A stretch of DNA of 64,000 nt from Dendrobates tinctorius (taxonomy: Eukaryota), in assembly GCF_039654945.1 (NCBI RefSeq), contig NW_027361682.1:16430001-16494000 (forward strand). The letters are read 5' to 3'. How positions within the stretch are numbered: the first letter of the stretch is position 1; each line of letters begins with the position of its first letter. Under the pieces are notes generated by a model. That model was not told the DNA's origin, did no database searches, and saw only the letters and a list, made by a program, of their open reading frames with translations. The position numbers and the translations under genes were made by a program. Of the stretch, positions 11,653 through 25,020 are shown piece by piece.

Positions 11653-13283
11653 CCTGTGCAGGGGATTTGGCGCTCTGTGTCAGAAATTTTCACCCTGATT
11701 AAAATATTTAAAAAAAAAAAAAATTAAAGGTGTGCATCCACTTTTAAGTTAGAAGCAGGTGCCTCTCCTGCCACGTAGTACTCACACATCCATTGTGTGG
11801 CTTCGTGCATTCTCAAGGCGAGGAACACTCAATTAGGTCTGCCCACCGACTCATTTGGCCTGTTGTGTCGCTGTAGAATATTTATTGTTGTAACTGTATT
11901 TTCTGCTGAAGATAAAAGCAATGTAAAAAGGTACTTAAAGGGGATGTCCACTTCTGACCAAGCACTGTTTCATCGGATACTACTTGACCTCTAGATGATG
12001 TCTTGGTGGCTGGAACATGGGTCTAGTGTCTAAATTCCACTATACGGTAAATAACGCTGTGTCTATGAAGGAGCTGCTGGTAATCTAAGGAGCATTAGGG
12101 GGAGTGGCCATCTGAGACACACCCCTAGTTGTTAAAGTGACAGTAACACCATATGAAATACTTGCTACAGTTTTTATGCTTAATTGAAATAATTATGTAT
12201 CGTATCTTTACAGTCTCCCTTTGACTGCTGTAAAATAGAATATACCTTTTAACATGGAGGGTACAATAAATTACAGCTGCTTTTAGTTAATCTTCGGGCA
12301 CATGTCCCCAAACTATCGCTCCCTAGCTGTTGTATAACTTCAAGTCACAGCATGTCAGACTGCACCTGTCAGAGCATGCTGGGAACTGTAGTTTTGTAAA
12401 GAAAAAGTGACATATAGGAAGAAAATTAATTTTTCTGATTGCCTCAAAAGATTTTTTTTATGACAAGCAGTAAAGCAAAAAACTTCCTATTGTGATGTCA
12501 GCTGGGGGTGTGGTTTCTATTAAAGTGATAGTGTGCCTTGTGTTGAAGTAGAGTAGCCGCTCATTGTTTTATAACGGACTATTGGATATTCTGGACAATC
12601 AGAAGCCCGTTTACCGGAAACTGCAGAAGATCCTGGATAGGCTGAGGCCTAAGGCCACTCTGGAGGACCATCCCTCATTGTACAAGATGTGGGAATGTTA
12701 CATTTTATGTATTATGGAACGTGAATACTTGAAATCCCCGCTCTGTGTGTATGTGACTTCTGTTTTTTTTATACCATGAATAAAGTATAAGTTGGTGAAA
12801 CTTACTGTTTTCTTCATATTGTGATATTTACAGGCCTCCTCAGAGAAAAAACCCAAATTGATGTACCATTAGCTCTAGTGCAAAGTCAGGGGTGGAGCCT
12901 GACAGATTCATGTCCCGCCCCCACGGAACCGATATTGCACATATTGGGATACATTGTATCAGCTTGGCCTGGAATGTACCAATTTAGCTTTTTAAAGGAG
13001 CTTCCTGAATCTACAATATTTAATAGCTTAGCCTTAATCTTGGTTATCAATGTGCGGCGTTTCTTTCCGGACTATTAGTTGCTGAATTAAAGAAATGATG
13101 GTAAATTGCGCATTTTGTTTGGCAGAAAGTAAAAAAATTAGTTTTAATCTATACAGTAAAATATTTGATTTACAAACAATGGCATTGACCATCTTATCCT
13201 CCATTCACATCCAAAGCTGCACCAAGAATTTTAATGGGTCCATTGTGGCTAAATTAGATCAGATTCCCTAGGCGGCCCTCTAA

Positions 13284-13637
13284 GGCTGTGTGCACACGCT
13301 GCGGATTAGGTGCGGATTAATCCGCGCGGATTTTGTAAAATCCGCAGGTGAAACCGCAGGTCAAAAGACCTGCGGTTTTACCTGCGGTTTTTCATCTCCT
13401 CAATAGAGGAGATGGCAAACCGCAGGAGAATCCGCAGAAAGAATTGACATGTCAATTCTTTCTGCGGATTGAAAACCGCAGATAATCCGCGCGGAAAATT
13501 CCGCACCGTCTGCACTGCGGTTTTTGATTCCCATAGGGAATCATGGTACTGTACACCGCAGCAAAAACTGCTGCAGGTCCGCAGCGGCCAAAACCGCTGC
13601 GGAACCGCAGCAAAATCCGCAGCGTGTGCACACAGCC
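13284..13637. mobile_element. PIF/Harbinger-type MITE
   Basis: TIRs ggctgtgtgcacacgctgcggat / atccgcagcgtgtgcacacagcc, TAA target duplication (13281-13283 and 13638-13640), internal ccgcag/tgcgg repeats. Confidence 0.85.
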
Positions 13638-14154
13638 TAAAGGTTAGATGCATTGCCACATTTGTGCCGGTTTGTTGTTTTTGTGCCTTTTTTGCACCAT
13701 ATTAATCTTTCCATTTCAGAGACTTACTGCTAGAAAAAGTAACCAAACCGTTGAACAGGAAATAAAGAGCATTTCTGATTTTGCACTCAATTCCTGAACC
13801 GCGTGTGCCATTGGCATAAAAACAGTCAGCGAGCACCGCGTGTGCCACTGGCATAAAAACAGTCAGCGAGCACCGCAAGAAAAGTGAAATAACAAAAATC
13901 ATGAATGATGAATCAAGCCCTAAACGTCTGCATTGAGTACACTGCATTAGATGTGAGTCAGCACAGTGTGGATGGATTTCAAGTGTCAGCCAGCAGAATT
14001 GTGAATGCAGCTCTGGATGTAACTAGAGTACAGTATATTACTATGTAATTCAAGATGAGAGAAATTGGAAAGGACTGAGCCTGAAATAAAAACTTCAACA
14101 GATAGAAAGTCATAACTGAGGCTCAGAAGCAGATGATTCATGGTGAGGACCCAT

Positions 14155-14323
14155 TTATGTCTGGTTCTCCAGGGCAGTATTAAGATCTTGCACTAGTTGT
14201 TGAAGTTGGACGTAATATGGCATTAAATGTTCCTCCATCCATTCATCCACAGCAACATCAGGAAAGATCTTGAGCAAAGCTGCTTGAAGATCTCCCAGTA
14301 ATAAAGTCCAATTAGACAGGAGA
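14155..14323 (-). CDS. HEXD: Hexosaminidase D, exon 13 (last)
   Basis: LLSNWTLLLGDLQAALLKIFPDVAVDEWMEEHLMPYYVQLQQLVQDLNTALENQT*. Confidence 0.9.
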
Positions 14324-14351
14324 CTAATATCAGAGAAAAGACATTACTAAA

Positions 14352-14950
14352 TATGTACAAGAATATAACTACTATAATACTGCTCCCTATGTACAAGAAT
14401 ATAACTACTATAATACTGCCTCTATATACAAGAATATAACTACTATAATACTGCCCCTATATACAAGAATATAACTACTATAACACTGTCACTATGTACA
14501 AGAATATAACTACTATAATACTGCCCCTATATACAAGAATATAACTACTATAATTCTGCCCCTATATACAAGAATATAACTACTATAACACTGTCACTAT
14601 GTACAAGAATATAACTACTATAATACTGCTCCTATATACAACAATATATCTACTATAATACTGCCCCCTATGTACAAGAATATAACTACTATAATACTGC
14701 TCCCTATGTACAGGAATATAACTACTATAATACTGCCTCTATGTACAAGAATATAACTACTATAACACTGTCACTATGTACAAGAATATATCTACTATAA
14801 TACTGCTCCTTTATACAACAATATATCTACTATAATACTGCCCCCTATGTACAAGAATATAACTACTATAATACTGCCCCATATGTACAAGAATATAACT
14901 ACTATAATACTGCCCCATGTACAAGAATATAACTACTATACTGCCTCTAT
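14352..14950 (+). repeat. 35-37-bp minisatellite (tatgtacaagaatataactactataatactgcccc)
   Basis: Tandem array in HEXD intron 12; reverse complement of the 28395-29875 array. Confidence 0.95.
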
Positions 14951-15208
14951 GAAGTAAATATTTGTATGTTGCCTGTACGCTATCAAGATATTAGTCCGAG
15001 GCTGGATTCACAAATTTGTGTTTCATGGTCAGAGCACAGACTGGCTGCGAATCTCATGACCCGACCGCCCAATAGATTCATATGAGGCTGATGTGTTAGG
15101 GTCCAGAGACCTGCAGCCAGTCTGTGTACTGCTGTGTGTATTCTGCCAGGGAATCACGGATGTGTGAATCTGACCTTAGACACAATATGACTGCTGTGCA
15201 TCACTTAC

Positions 15209-15298
15209 CTCACTGCTTCTGGTTCTATCTGCTGCACCATTATGGGATGGATCATTTTTCTCTTTCTGTGAAACGAGCTGAACCAACCCATGACAAAT
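15209..15298 (-). CDS. HEXD: HEXD exon 12
   Basis: FVMGWFSSFHRKRKMIHPIMVQQIEPEAV, 90 nt. Confidence 0.93.
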
Positions 15299-15359
15299 CT
15301 GTAAGAAGATAATGGACACAGTGTACCGATATATGAATCTTTCATCATGTTTTCTCATT

Positions 15360-18295
15360 CTATACTAAATCCTCGCACCTCCATCTCCTGCTGTATACTA
15401 TACTAGATCCCCCACCTCCAACTCCTGCTGTGTACTATACTAGATCCCCACATCTCCATCTCCTGCTGTATACAATACTAGATCCACGCACCTCCATCTC
15501 CTGCTGTATGGTACACTAGATCCTCGCACCTCCACCACCTCCTGTATAATATACTAGATCCTCGCACCTACATCTCCTGCTGTATACATTATTAGATCTC
15601 CACATCTCCATCTCCTGCTGTATACAATACTAGATCCACGCACCTCCATCTCTTGCTGTATGGTATACTAGATCCTCGCACCTACACCACCTTCTGTATA
15701 ATATACTAGATCCTCGCACCTACATCTGCTGTATACAATACTAGATCCACGCACCTCCATCTCCTGCTGTATGGTACACTAGATCCTCGCACCTCCACCA
15801 CCTCCTGTATAATATACTAGATCCTCGCACCTCCATCTCCTGCTGTATACAATATAAGATCCCCGCACCTCCATCTCCTGCTGTATTCAATACTAGATCC
15901 ATGCACCTCCATCTCCTGCTGTATGGTACACTAGATCCTCGCACCTCCACCACCTCCTGTATAATATACTAGATCCTCGCACCTACATCTGCTGTATACA
16001 ATATTAGATCCCCACATCTCCATCTCCTGCTGTATGGTATACTAGATCCACGCACCTCCATCTCCTGCTGTATACAATATTAGATCCCCGCACCTCCATC
16101 TCCTGCTGTATGGTACACTAGATCCTCGCACCTCCATCTCCTGCTGTATGGTACACTAGATCCTCGCACCTCCATCTCCTGCTGTATACAATATTAGATC
16201 CCCGCACCTCCATCTCCTGCTGTATACAATACTAGATCCATGCACCTCCATCTCCTGCTGTATACAATACTAGATCCATGCACCTCCATCTCCTGCTGTA
16301 TACAATACTAGATCCATGCACCTCCATCTCCTGCTGTATACAATACTAGATCCATGCACCTCCATCTCCTGCTGTATACAATATTAGATCCCCGCACCTC
16401 CATCTCCTGCTGTATACAATACTAGATCCATGCACCTCCATCTCCTGCTGTATGGTACACTAGATCCTCGCACCTCCATCTCCTGCTGTATGGTACACTA
16501 GATCCTCGCACCTCCACCACCTCCTGTATAATATACTAGATCCTCGCACCTACATCTCCTGCTGTATACAATATTAGATCCCCACATCTCCATCTCCTGC
16601 TGTATACAATACTAGATCCATGCACCTCCATCTCCTGCTGTATGGTACACTAGATCCTCGCACCTCCACCACCTCCTGTATAATATACTAGATCCTCGCA
16701 CCTACATCTGCTGTATACATTATTAGATCCCCACATCTCCATCTCCTGCTGTATGGTATACTAGATCCACGCACCTCCATCTCCTGCTGTATACAATATT
16801 AGATCCCCGCACCTCCATCTCCTGCTGTATGGTACACTAGATCCTCGCACCTCCATCTCCTGCTGTATACAATATTAGATCCCCGCACCTCCATCTCCTG
16901 CTGTATACAATACTAGATCCATGCACCTCCATCTCCTGCTGTATACAATACTAGATCCATGCACCTCCATCTCCTGCTGTATACAATACTAGATCCATGC
17001 ACCTCCATCTCCTGCTGTATACAATATTAGATCCCTGCACCTCCATCTCCTGCTGTATACAATACTAGATCCATGCACCTCCATCTCCTGCTGTATGGTA
17101 CACTAGATCCTCGCACCTCCATCTCCTGCTGTATGGTACACTAGATCCTCGCACCTCCACCACCTCCTGTATAATATACTAGATCCTCGCACCTACATCT
17201 CCTGCTGTATACAATATTAGATCCCCACATCTCCATCTCCTGCTGTATACAATACTAGATCCATGCACCTCCATCTCCTGCTGTATGGTACACTAGATCC
17301 TCGCACCTCCACCACCTCCTGTATAATATACTAGATCCTCGCACCTACATCTGCTGTATACATTATTAGATCTCCATCTCCTGCTGTATACAATACTAGA
17401 TCCACGCACCTCCATCTCTTGCTGTATGGTATACTAAATCCTCGCACCTACACCACCTTCTGTATAATATACTAGATCCTCGCACCTACATCTGCTGTAT
17501 ACAATATTAGATCCCCGCACCTCCATCTCCTGCTGTATAGTATACTAAATCCCTGCACCTCCATCTGCTGTATACTACACTAGATCTCCGCACCTCTGTC
17601 TTCTTGTGTACTACACTAGATCCCCTCACCTCTTTGCCCTCCTGTACACCACACTAAATCCCAGCCCCTCTTTGCTCTCCAATATACTACACTAGATCCC
17701 TGCCTCTTTCTCCCTCTGTATACTATACTAGATCCCTGCCCCTCTTTCTCCCTCTGTATACTATACTAGATCCCTGCCCCTCTCCTCTCCCTCTGTATAC
17801 TATACTATATCCCTGCACCTCCTCCTGAATACTATACTTGATCCGCGCACCATCTTCTGTGTTCTACTGTAGATCCCTGCGCCTTTCTCCCCCTGTATAC
17901 TATACTAGATCCCTGCACCTCCTCCTGTATACTACACTTGATCTGCACACCATTCTCTGTGTACTACTGTAGATCCCTGCGCCTCTTTGTCCTCCTGTAT
18001 ACTACACTAAATCCCCTTGCCTTTTTGTCCTCCGGTGTACTATAATAGATCCCCGCACCACCTCCTGTATACTACACTAAATCCCCTTGACTCTTTGGCC
18101 TCCTGTATCCTATAATAGATCCATGCACCACCTCCTATATACTATGCTTGATCCTCACACCATCTGTGTACTACTGTAGATCCCTGCGCCTCTTTGTCCT
18201 CCTGTATACTATAATAGAACTCCGCACCACATCCTGTATACTACACTAGATCCCCTCGCCTCTTTATTCTCCTGTATACTACATTAGATCCCCAC
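15360..18295. repeat. ~38-bp minisatellite (tactagatccacgcacctccatctcctgctgtatacaa)
   Basis: Fills almost all of HEXD intron 11; decays after about 17550. Confidence 0.95.
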
Positions 18296-18315
18296 ACTTT
18301 TTGGTTTGCACTCAC

Positions 18316-18417
18316 CGGTTTCTCTCTAGGAACTCTTGTGTGGGAGCCTTCAGGAAGAACAGGATTTGGGTTATGAGTATGAGAACGTCACTGCCGGGGA
18401 AGGAGCCAGAAGCTTCA
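18316..18417 (-). CDS. HEXD: HEXD exon 11
   Basis: EASGSFPGSDVLILITQILFFLKAPTQEFLERN, 102 nt. Confidence 0.92.
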
Positions 18418-18655
18418 CTGCCGCAAAATAAAACATGATATTAAGACTGCCCAAGTGTTCTGTTCCTGGGAAAGATGGGTGACAACCAATGTGGCTCCCA
18501 TAGCGTACGGGAAAGACATGCCTGTGCCTCTATATTCAGGAGTATGGGAAAGCTGGGGGTGAAAACGGCTGTAGTGGAGGCCATATTGAACAATGAGCAG
18601 AACTGAATCCATTTTATGGATAATTGCATAACAACACACAGTCTCCTCCATTTAC

Positions 18656-18734
18656 CAAGTGTAGTTTTCTGTATCCAATGAAGACATTCCTAAGACATTC
18701 TGGACCGAGGCGGCCACCTGCTCAGAGTATGCAC
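18656..18734 (-). CDS. HEXD: HEXD exon 10
   Basis: AYSEQVAASVQNVLGMSSLDTENYT, 79 nt; phases fit both neighbours. Confidence 0.85.
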
Positions 18735-19005
18735 CTAGGGGTGGGAGTGAAAAGTGAGAAATTGATCAAGGTTACAAATGGCAGCTCCACCCGTCTTCTG
18801 ATTTTGGGAGGCTGAGCTGCAATACTAGACACAACCAGAGAACATCAGGTGCCACTATTTCGGGAAGAAAACAGCCATATTTTAGTAATACTGGATGGCA
18901 CCTTTAAAAAACTTGCATTGATAAAGCTTTAGCCAAGAAAGGGTAGAACACACCCCCTGCAAAGTAACAAGATTGGGGGGTCCGATCTCTGGGATCCCAC
19001 AATTA

Positions 19006-19801
19006 CGATGACGTTTCTGGAGCGGACAACGTCCAGGAGTGGACCCTCTGGATCGCGGATCTGGAGCCCCTGGGCCGAGCGCGCCAAGTGATAACCGACC
19101 CCTATACAGGGATCATTAGGGGCAGGACCACAAGGGTCAGAACCGCGACAGTCGGAACCAAGAGGGACGGCTCAAGGACAGATAAGGATACAGGCGGACT
19201 GGAATGCAGGACAGAGACTAGGGTACCTGAGCAGAGGGTACCGGAGGAGGAGGGTTACCAAAAGGGCAGCAGGAGGAAGGCACGGAAGGTGAGGAAAGGC
19301 AGGCGTAGAGAACCCAGAAGCAGGAATAACAACGGGCGGACAGAGGACGGGAACCAGCAAGACAGGGACCAGGCAAGGGACTATAACACCAGACGATAGA
19401 CAGGAGGTAGCAGGGACTGGACTAGGAGAGGACAGACCGGAGGGATGGCAAGGAACGGAGACAGGAACAAGGCAGACAGGGACCAGGAAAAGACATGGCT
19501 AGAGAACTATAGAAGCACTATAGCGGCCAGAATAGTGCAGGAGCACCACACAATTACCAGGCGTCTTCCCCTTAAGGAAGACGCCTGAAATACCTTATAC
19601 CCGGAAGTAGATCAGCACGGCCCTGCCCCTCAGCGACGCCCCCGGCCGCGTGAAGAGAGCGGTCGGGCGCGCGCCCGCGGCCTAAGGGTGGCGCACGGGA
19701 CCCCAGCAGCACGGGGGCAAGGACGGGAGAGCGAGCGGGAGGAGAAGCGCAGGTGAGACGGAGCTGATGGAATTTCGGCAGGCACAGCCGCCGATGTTAC
19801 A
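19006..19801 (-). mobile_element. Solo LTR (Gypsy-type)
   Basis: Minus strand begins TGTAACA. 4-bp TSD atta at 19002-19005 and 19802-19805. GC-rich U3-like part, TATA-like tataag at about 19594-19599, then a hairpin and pyrimidine-rich repeats. The other terminus is degenerate. Confidence 0.6.
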
Positions 19802-19967
19802 ATTACTAGGGGCTGCAGAATGCATGCGGAGGTGCAGCCCCTGCCCAGTACTAGGCTAATTTTCTTCACTAGCGCTGTGGCTCCTTTTTTCTAGAGAACA
19901 GCAAGGAGGTCTAGTTGCCGGACCCCCTCTTTCCAGCAAGTTTAGAGGTTTACCAACATATATCTAT

Positions 19968-20772
19968 CTGTGTAAAAGTTTTAGGCAGTTGTGGAAAAAA
20001 TCTGCAAAGTAAGAATAGTTTATAAAATAGAAGTGATGATAGTTTATTTTAACAACTAACAAAATGCAAAGTGAATGAACTAAACCCCATGAGTATTTGG
20101 TGACCGCCATTTACGTCCCAAACATCTTGGAGAACTGACCGCAGATCTTCTGTGGATGTCACTTGTGCAGATCCCTCTGTCTCTTCATGTGATCCCAGAC
20201 AGACGGGATGATGTGAGATCAGGGCTCTGTGGGGCCAGATCATCACTTCCAGGACTCCTCGCTCTTAATGACATTGGCTGGATGTTTGGGATTGTTGTTC
20301 TGCTGCAGAATAAAATTGTAATTTGTAATAAATCATTTAACACCATCAGGGAGGCGTCTGATTGGCTCCAATTTTATTCTATAGCAGAACAACGACCCCA
20401 ATGTCATTAAGATCGAGGAGTCCTGGAAGTGATGATCCGGCCCCACAGAGCCCTGATCTCACATCATCTGGTCTGTCTGGAATCACATGAAGAGACAGAG
20501 GGATCTGCACAAGTGACATCCAGAGAAGATCTGCGGTCAGTTCTCCAAGATGTTTGGGACAACCTCCTGCCGAGCTCCATCATAACCTGTGTACAAATGA
20601 TAAGTATGGAGAAGAAGTGAGGGAGGCAAAGGACGATCATCAAATACTGATGGGGTTTAGATTTCTCTTTCGTTCATTAACTTTGCATTTTGTTAATTGA
20701 TAAAAATAAATAATCTATTCACACTTGCATATTTGGAAGCTTCTTACTCTGCAGAATTTTTTCCTACAGTGC
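19968..20772. mobile_element. Tc1-derived foldback (palindromic) element
   Basis: Arms about 19988-20317 and 20369-20770 are reverse complements and include a decayed transposase C-terminus (DLRSVLQDVWDNL). Confidence 0.75.
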
Positions 20773-20791
20773 TGTGTATGGTGGACCATAC

Positions 20792-20874
20792 CATTCTTCA
20801 GTGTCACCAGACACACGGCCAGAGAAGGTATCCCCACCGGCAGGAGCTCACACAGAACTGAGAAGTGGTCGTAC
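20792..20874 (-). CDS. HEXD: HEXD exon 9
   Basis: [27 protein letters not shown], 83 nt. Confidence 0.95.
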
Positions 20875-20971
20875 CTGAAAAGTATTGAGCAGTGATTAAT
20901 TCCTAATGTAAATACAAAGGGAACCCCCAAACGAGATGGGGGTGCTAACATTACACTAGTGAGGAAAGTAC

Positions 20972-21167
20972 CTCTGCCAGCCAGTGATGGCCACTCCCTG
21001 CAGAATATCATGGGATATCTTCTGGACCACCTCTAGCCAACGTTTGTGGTTTTCCAAGTGATGTCCGATAAGGGTGAGCTGCTGGGAGGTCCCGGTGGCC
21101 CCCTTAAAGGCACTGGCCAGCCAGATCTTCTGGAAGCCGCTCTGTGAGTATTTTTCGATCAGTGCGA
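20972..21167 (-). CDS. HEXD: HEXD exon 8
   Basis: [25 protein letters not shown]...GVAITGWQ, 196 nt. Confidence 0.95.
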
Positions 21168-21263
21168 CTGCAAGAAATCCGCATCATCACAGCACAGTGG
21201 TGCCTCCCGTAGGCGGTGGCATGTATTGCTAGGTACCCTGTAGTAGATAATTATTTATGGTAC

Positions 21264-21335
21264 CTCTATTGTCAACATCTAGGTTTGGGGTGTAGTCCCA
21301 GATCATCGGCTCCACCAGTTTGGTCACTCCAGAGT
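21264..21335 (-). CDS. HEXD: HEXD exon 7
   Basis: SGVTKLVEPMIWDYTPNLDVDNR, 72 nt. Confidence 0.95.
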
Positions 21336-21434
21336 CTACCCAAGACAGAAAGCAGCAGAAGTGAGAAATGCCATGCATCCAGGTCTCTGAAGATACATCA
21401 CTATCAAAATTGTGAAGTCACCCTCTCTTCCCAC

Positions 21435-21618
21435 CTGTCAATTTCTGGGCAGATGCCCCTCTCAGCATATCATCCCAGGAGATGAGCTTGACACCTGGAT
21501 ATGTGGAAACCACATGTGAGGCTACTTTCTTCAGGTGGCAAATAAAGAGGTCTTCAACAGTCTGCCCGTTTTCAGAAAAAAAATTCTTGGACTCTTCTCC
21601 CTCCCCAAGATAGTAGAC
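21435..21618 (-). CDS. HEXD: HEXD exon 6
   Basis: VYYLGEGEESK...KLISWDDMLRGASAQKLT, 184 nt. Confidence 0.95.
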
Positions 21619-22016
21619 CTAGGTAAAAAGTGTGTATTTATATACAGTTCTGACCACTGATTCCTTTATACTTCGGTGACATATAAAGCTGCAGCAAAAC
21701 ATGGATTTTTGTGAGTACTCACCGTAAAATCCTTTTCTCCGAGACGCTCATTGGGGGACACAGAGACTGTGGGTGTGTGCTACTGCCGTCTGGAGGCTGA
21801 CACTAGGCATACAAAAAACAAGTTAGCTCCTCCTCCGCCGCATACACCCTCGCCCCGATAGCGGGCGGAAACCAGTTTAGTGCAAAAGCAGTAGGAGAAC
21901 ATCCAAAAATTAGCCTTAACGCAGAAAATCATATGTCTGAAAAAGGACCACCCTACATTAAATAAGGAATTATACTAATTAAATAAACAAGAGCCAACTG
22001 GCTATCAGGGTGGGTG

Positions 22017-22119
22017 CTGTGTCCCCCAATGAGCGTCTCGGAGAAAAGGATTTTACGGTGAGTACTCACAAAAATCCATGTTTCTCCTTCGTCTCATTGG
22101 GGGACACAGAGACTGTGGG
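22017..22119. repeat. DIRS internal complementary region (ICR)
   Basis: ...cacaaaaatccatg|ttt|ctccttcgtctcattgggggacacag... joins the element's 3' and 5' terminal sequences, as in the circular junction. Confidence 0.9.
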
Positions 22120-22182
22120 ACGTCCTAAAGCAGTCCCTGGGTGGGAGCACAACTCACCGATCCAAGCCGCATGCCCTCCTGT

Positions 22183-25020
22183 CTAAAGGTGTGCCACTGC
22201 TGCTTGGAGAATTTTCCTACCCAGACTCGCATCCGACGAGGCCTGAGTATGCACATTGTAATGCTTACAAAAAGTGTGCAGGCTGGACCAGGTTGCTGCT
22301 TTGCATACCTGCTCTGCCGAAGCCTGGTGCCGAAGCGCCCAAGAGGCGCCCACTGCCCGAGTTGAGTGCGCCCCTATCCCTGTTGGAATCGGTGCGCCTC
22401 TAATACGGTAAGCCTCCTGAATAGTTAGGCGAATCCATCTGGCTATGGTTGATCGTGAGGCTGCGAGACCCTTCCTGCGCCCTTCCGGAATCACAAACAA
22501 CGAGTCCGTCTGGCGAAAAGGTGCTGTCCTTGACACGTACCTCCTGAGAGCTCTTACCAGATCTAAAGAGTGGAGCGCCCTTTCCACTCTGTGTACTGGC
22601 GCTGGTCAAAACAAAGGCAGAACAATGTCCTCATTAATATGGAAAGAGGACACGACCTTCGGCAGAAAAGGTGGCGGTGGTCTAAGGACTACTTTATCCT
22701 TAAAAAAAGTCAGAAAAGGAGCTCTGCAAGATAATGCTCCTAACTCCGAGACCCGCCTAACGGAAGTTATCGCTACTAAGAATACAACCTTCCTGGAGAG
22801 ATATGACAATGAAATTTCCTGTAATGGTTCAAACGGGGCTTCCTGTAGGACACCCAGGACCAGGTTAAGGTCCCAGGCGTCTATGGGTGCTTTATAGGGG
22901 GGCACCAAATGAGAGACCCCCTGAATGAACGTCCTGACCTGCATATTGGTAGCGATCTTTCGCTGAAAAAGGGCCGACAAGGCCGAAATCTGCCTCCTAA
23001 GGGAACTTGGCGCCAACCCTGCGTCCAGGCCGGACTGCAGAAAAGCCAGGATGTTGGGGACTGAAAAGGATAATGGCGCAACCCTGTGTTCTCGACACCA
23101 ATGAAAGAAAACCTTCCAAGTGTTATGATAAATTTTCGCCGAGGCCAGCTTCCGGGCGCTAACCATTGTCGCAACCACTTCACGCCCAAATCCCGCCTGG
23201 GTCAGAATCCAAGATTCAACGGCCATGCCGTCAAACACAGGGCCCCTAAGTTCGGGTGGCAGATCGGCCCCTGAGACAGTAAGTCTGGCCGTTCCGGTAG
23301 ACGCCAAGGCACGTCTGCGAGGAGCTGCACTAGATCCGCGTACCATACTCGACGGGGCCAGTCCGGGGCCAGCAGAATTGCCGGGACCCCCTCTGTCTTG
23401 ATCTTCCTGATGACCCTTGGGAGAAGCGGCAGTGGGGGAAACAGGTATGGGAGCCGAAACTGGCTCCACGGTAGGACCAACGCATCCACCGCGATCGCTC
23501 GCGGGTCCTGAGACCGAGCGACAAACGTGCTCACCTTGGCGTTCTCCCTGGACGCCATCAGATCCACGTCTGGAGTCCCCCACCGTTGGCAAATCTGCTG
23601 GAAGAACTCGGGGTGAAGGGGCCATTCCCCGGCCGCAACGCCCTGTCGGCTTAGGAAATCTGCTGCCCAATTTTCCACACCTGGTATGTGAACTGCTGAG
23701 ATTGCCGAGTGGTGCCTCTCGGCCCAACGGAGCACATGCTCTATCTTGCGCATGGTTGCCCAGCTGCGCGTGCCTCCCTGGAGATTCACGTACGCCACTG
23801 CCGTGGCGTTGTCTGACTGAACTCGGACTGGGCGTCCTGCTAGCAAGTGCTGAAAACGCTGCAGCGCCAACCGCACCGCTCGAATCTCCAACAGGTTGAT
23901 CGGAAGACGAGCCTCCTGAGGCGACCATTGCCCCTGGGCCGTGTGGTGCCGGAAGATTGCCCCCCAGCCGAAAAGACTTGTATCGGTCGTGATCACCAAC
24001 CAATGATCTGGGGGAAAAGGCTTCCCCTGACGAAGAGAGGAGTCGTGTGTCCACCATTGAAGCGCCCGTCGAACCTGAGAGGGCAACCTGCACTGATGAT
24101 CGAGGGAGAACGGACTCCCGTCCCAAGCCGCTAAGAGAGCATGCTGCAGGGGACGGAGATGAAATTGAGCAAACGGAATTGCTTCCATCGCCGCCACCAT
24201 CCTTCCTAGAACCCTCATCCCGAACCGGATAGTGTGAGGGTCCGGTTGTTGAAGACTTCGGACTCCCTGCCGGAGCGCCCGAGCCTTGTCCTGAGGGAGA
24301 ATTACCAACCCTCGGGAAGTGTCGAAAATCATCCCCAGGAATAAAATCCTCTGAGCTGGGGTAAGGGAAGATTTCTTCCCGTTGATCAACCATCCTAGGC
24401 GAGATAGGGTATCCAGTGTGATGCTCACATTCTCCTCGCATGCCCGAAAGGACGGCCCCTTTACTAAGAGGTCGTCTAAGTACGGCAAAACCACTATGCC
24501 CCGAGAATGTAGAACGGCCATGACGACCGCCATCACTTTCGTGAATATCCTGGGGGCCGTGGCCAACCCGAAAGGTAGGGCCACAAACTGAAAATGCCGG
24601 CCCTCGATTGCAAACCGAAGGAACCTTTGATGCGGGGGAAAAATAGGGATGTGCAGGTAGGCATTCTGGACATCGATCGAGGCCAAATATTCTCCGTGCT
24701 CCATGGACGATATGACCGACCGGAGAGATTCCATGCGAAAACGCCTGACCCTGATGAACCTGTTCAGGAGCTTTAAGTCCAGAACCGGCCTTACTGTTCC
24801 GTCCTTCTTGGGAACTGCGAACAGATTGGAATAAAATCCTTGGGTCTTCTCGCACTCTGGTACAGAGACAATGACCCCGTTGCGCCGCAACACCTCGATG
24901 GCCCCTAGCAATGCCTCTGCCCGGGATTCTGTTTTGGGACGCCGGGAAAGAAAAAATCGTCTTGGCGGATCTTTGACAAACTCTATTTTGTACCCGGAAC
25001 ACACTAATTCTGCCACCCAT
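22183..25020 (-). pseudogene. DIRS tyrosine recombinase ORF, one in-frame nonsense codon
   Basis: ORFs 22606-25020 and 22183-22587 are in the same frame, separated by TGA at 22606-22608 (DIVLPLF*PAPVHRVERALHSLD). Catalytic motifs RRVSEL, HSTR and ATWSS...HY are present. Overlaps the RT ORF. Confidence 0.85.

Noticed and set aside
22606-22608. TGA at a probable Cys position of YR read as selenocysteine or programmed read-through
   Set aside because: No SECIS was recognised, and the same element has other nonsense and frameshift lesions, so simple decay explains it.
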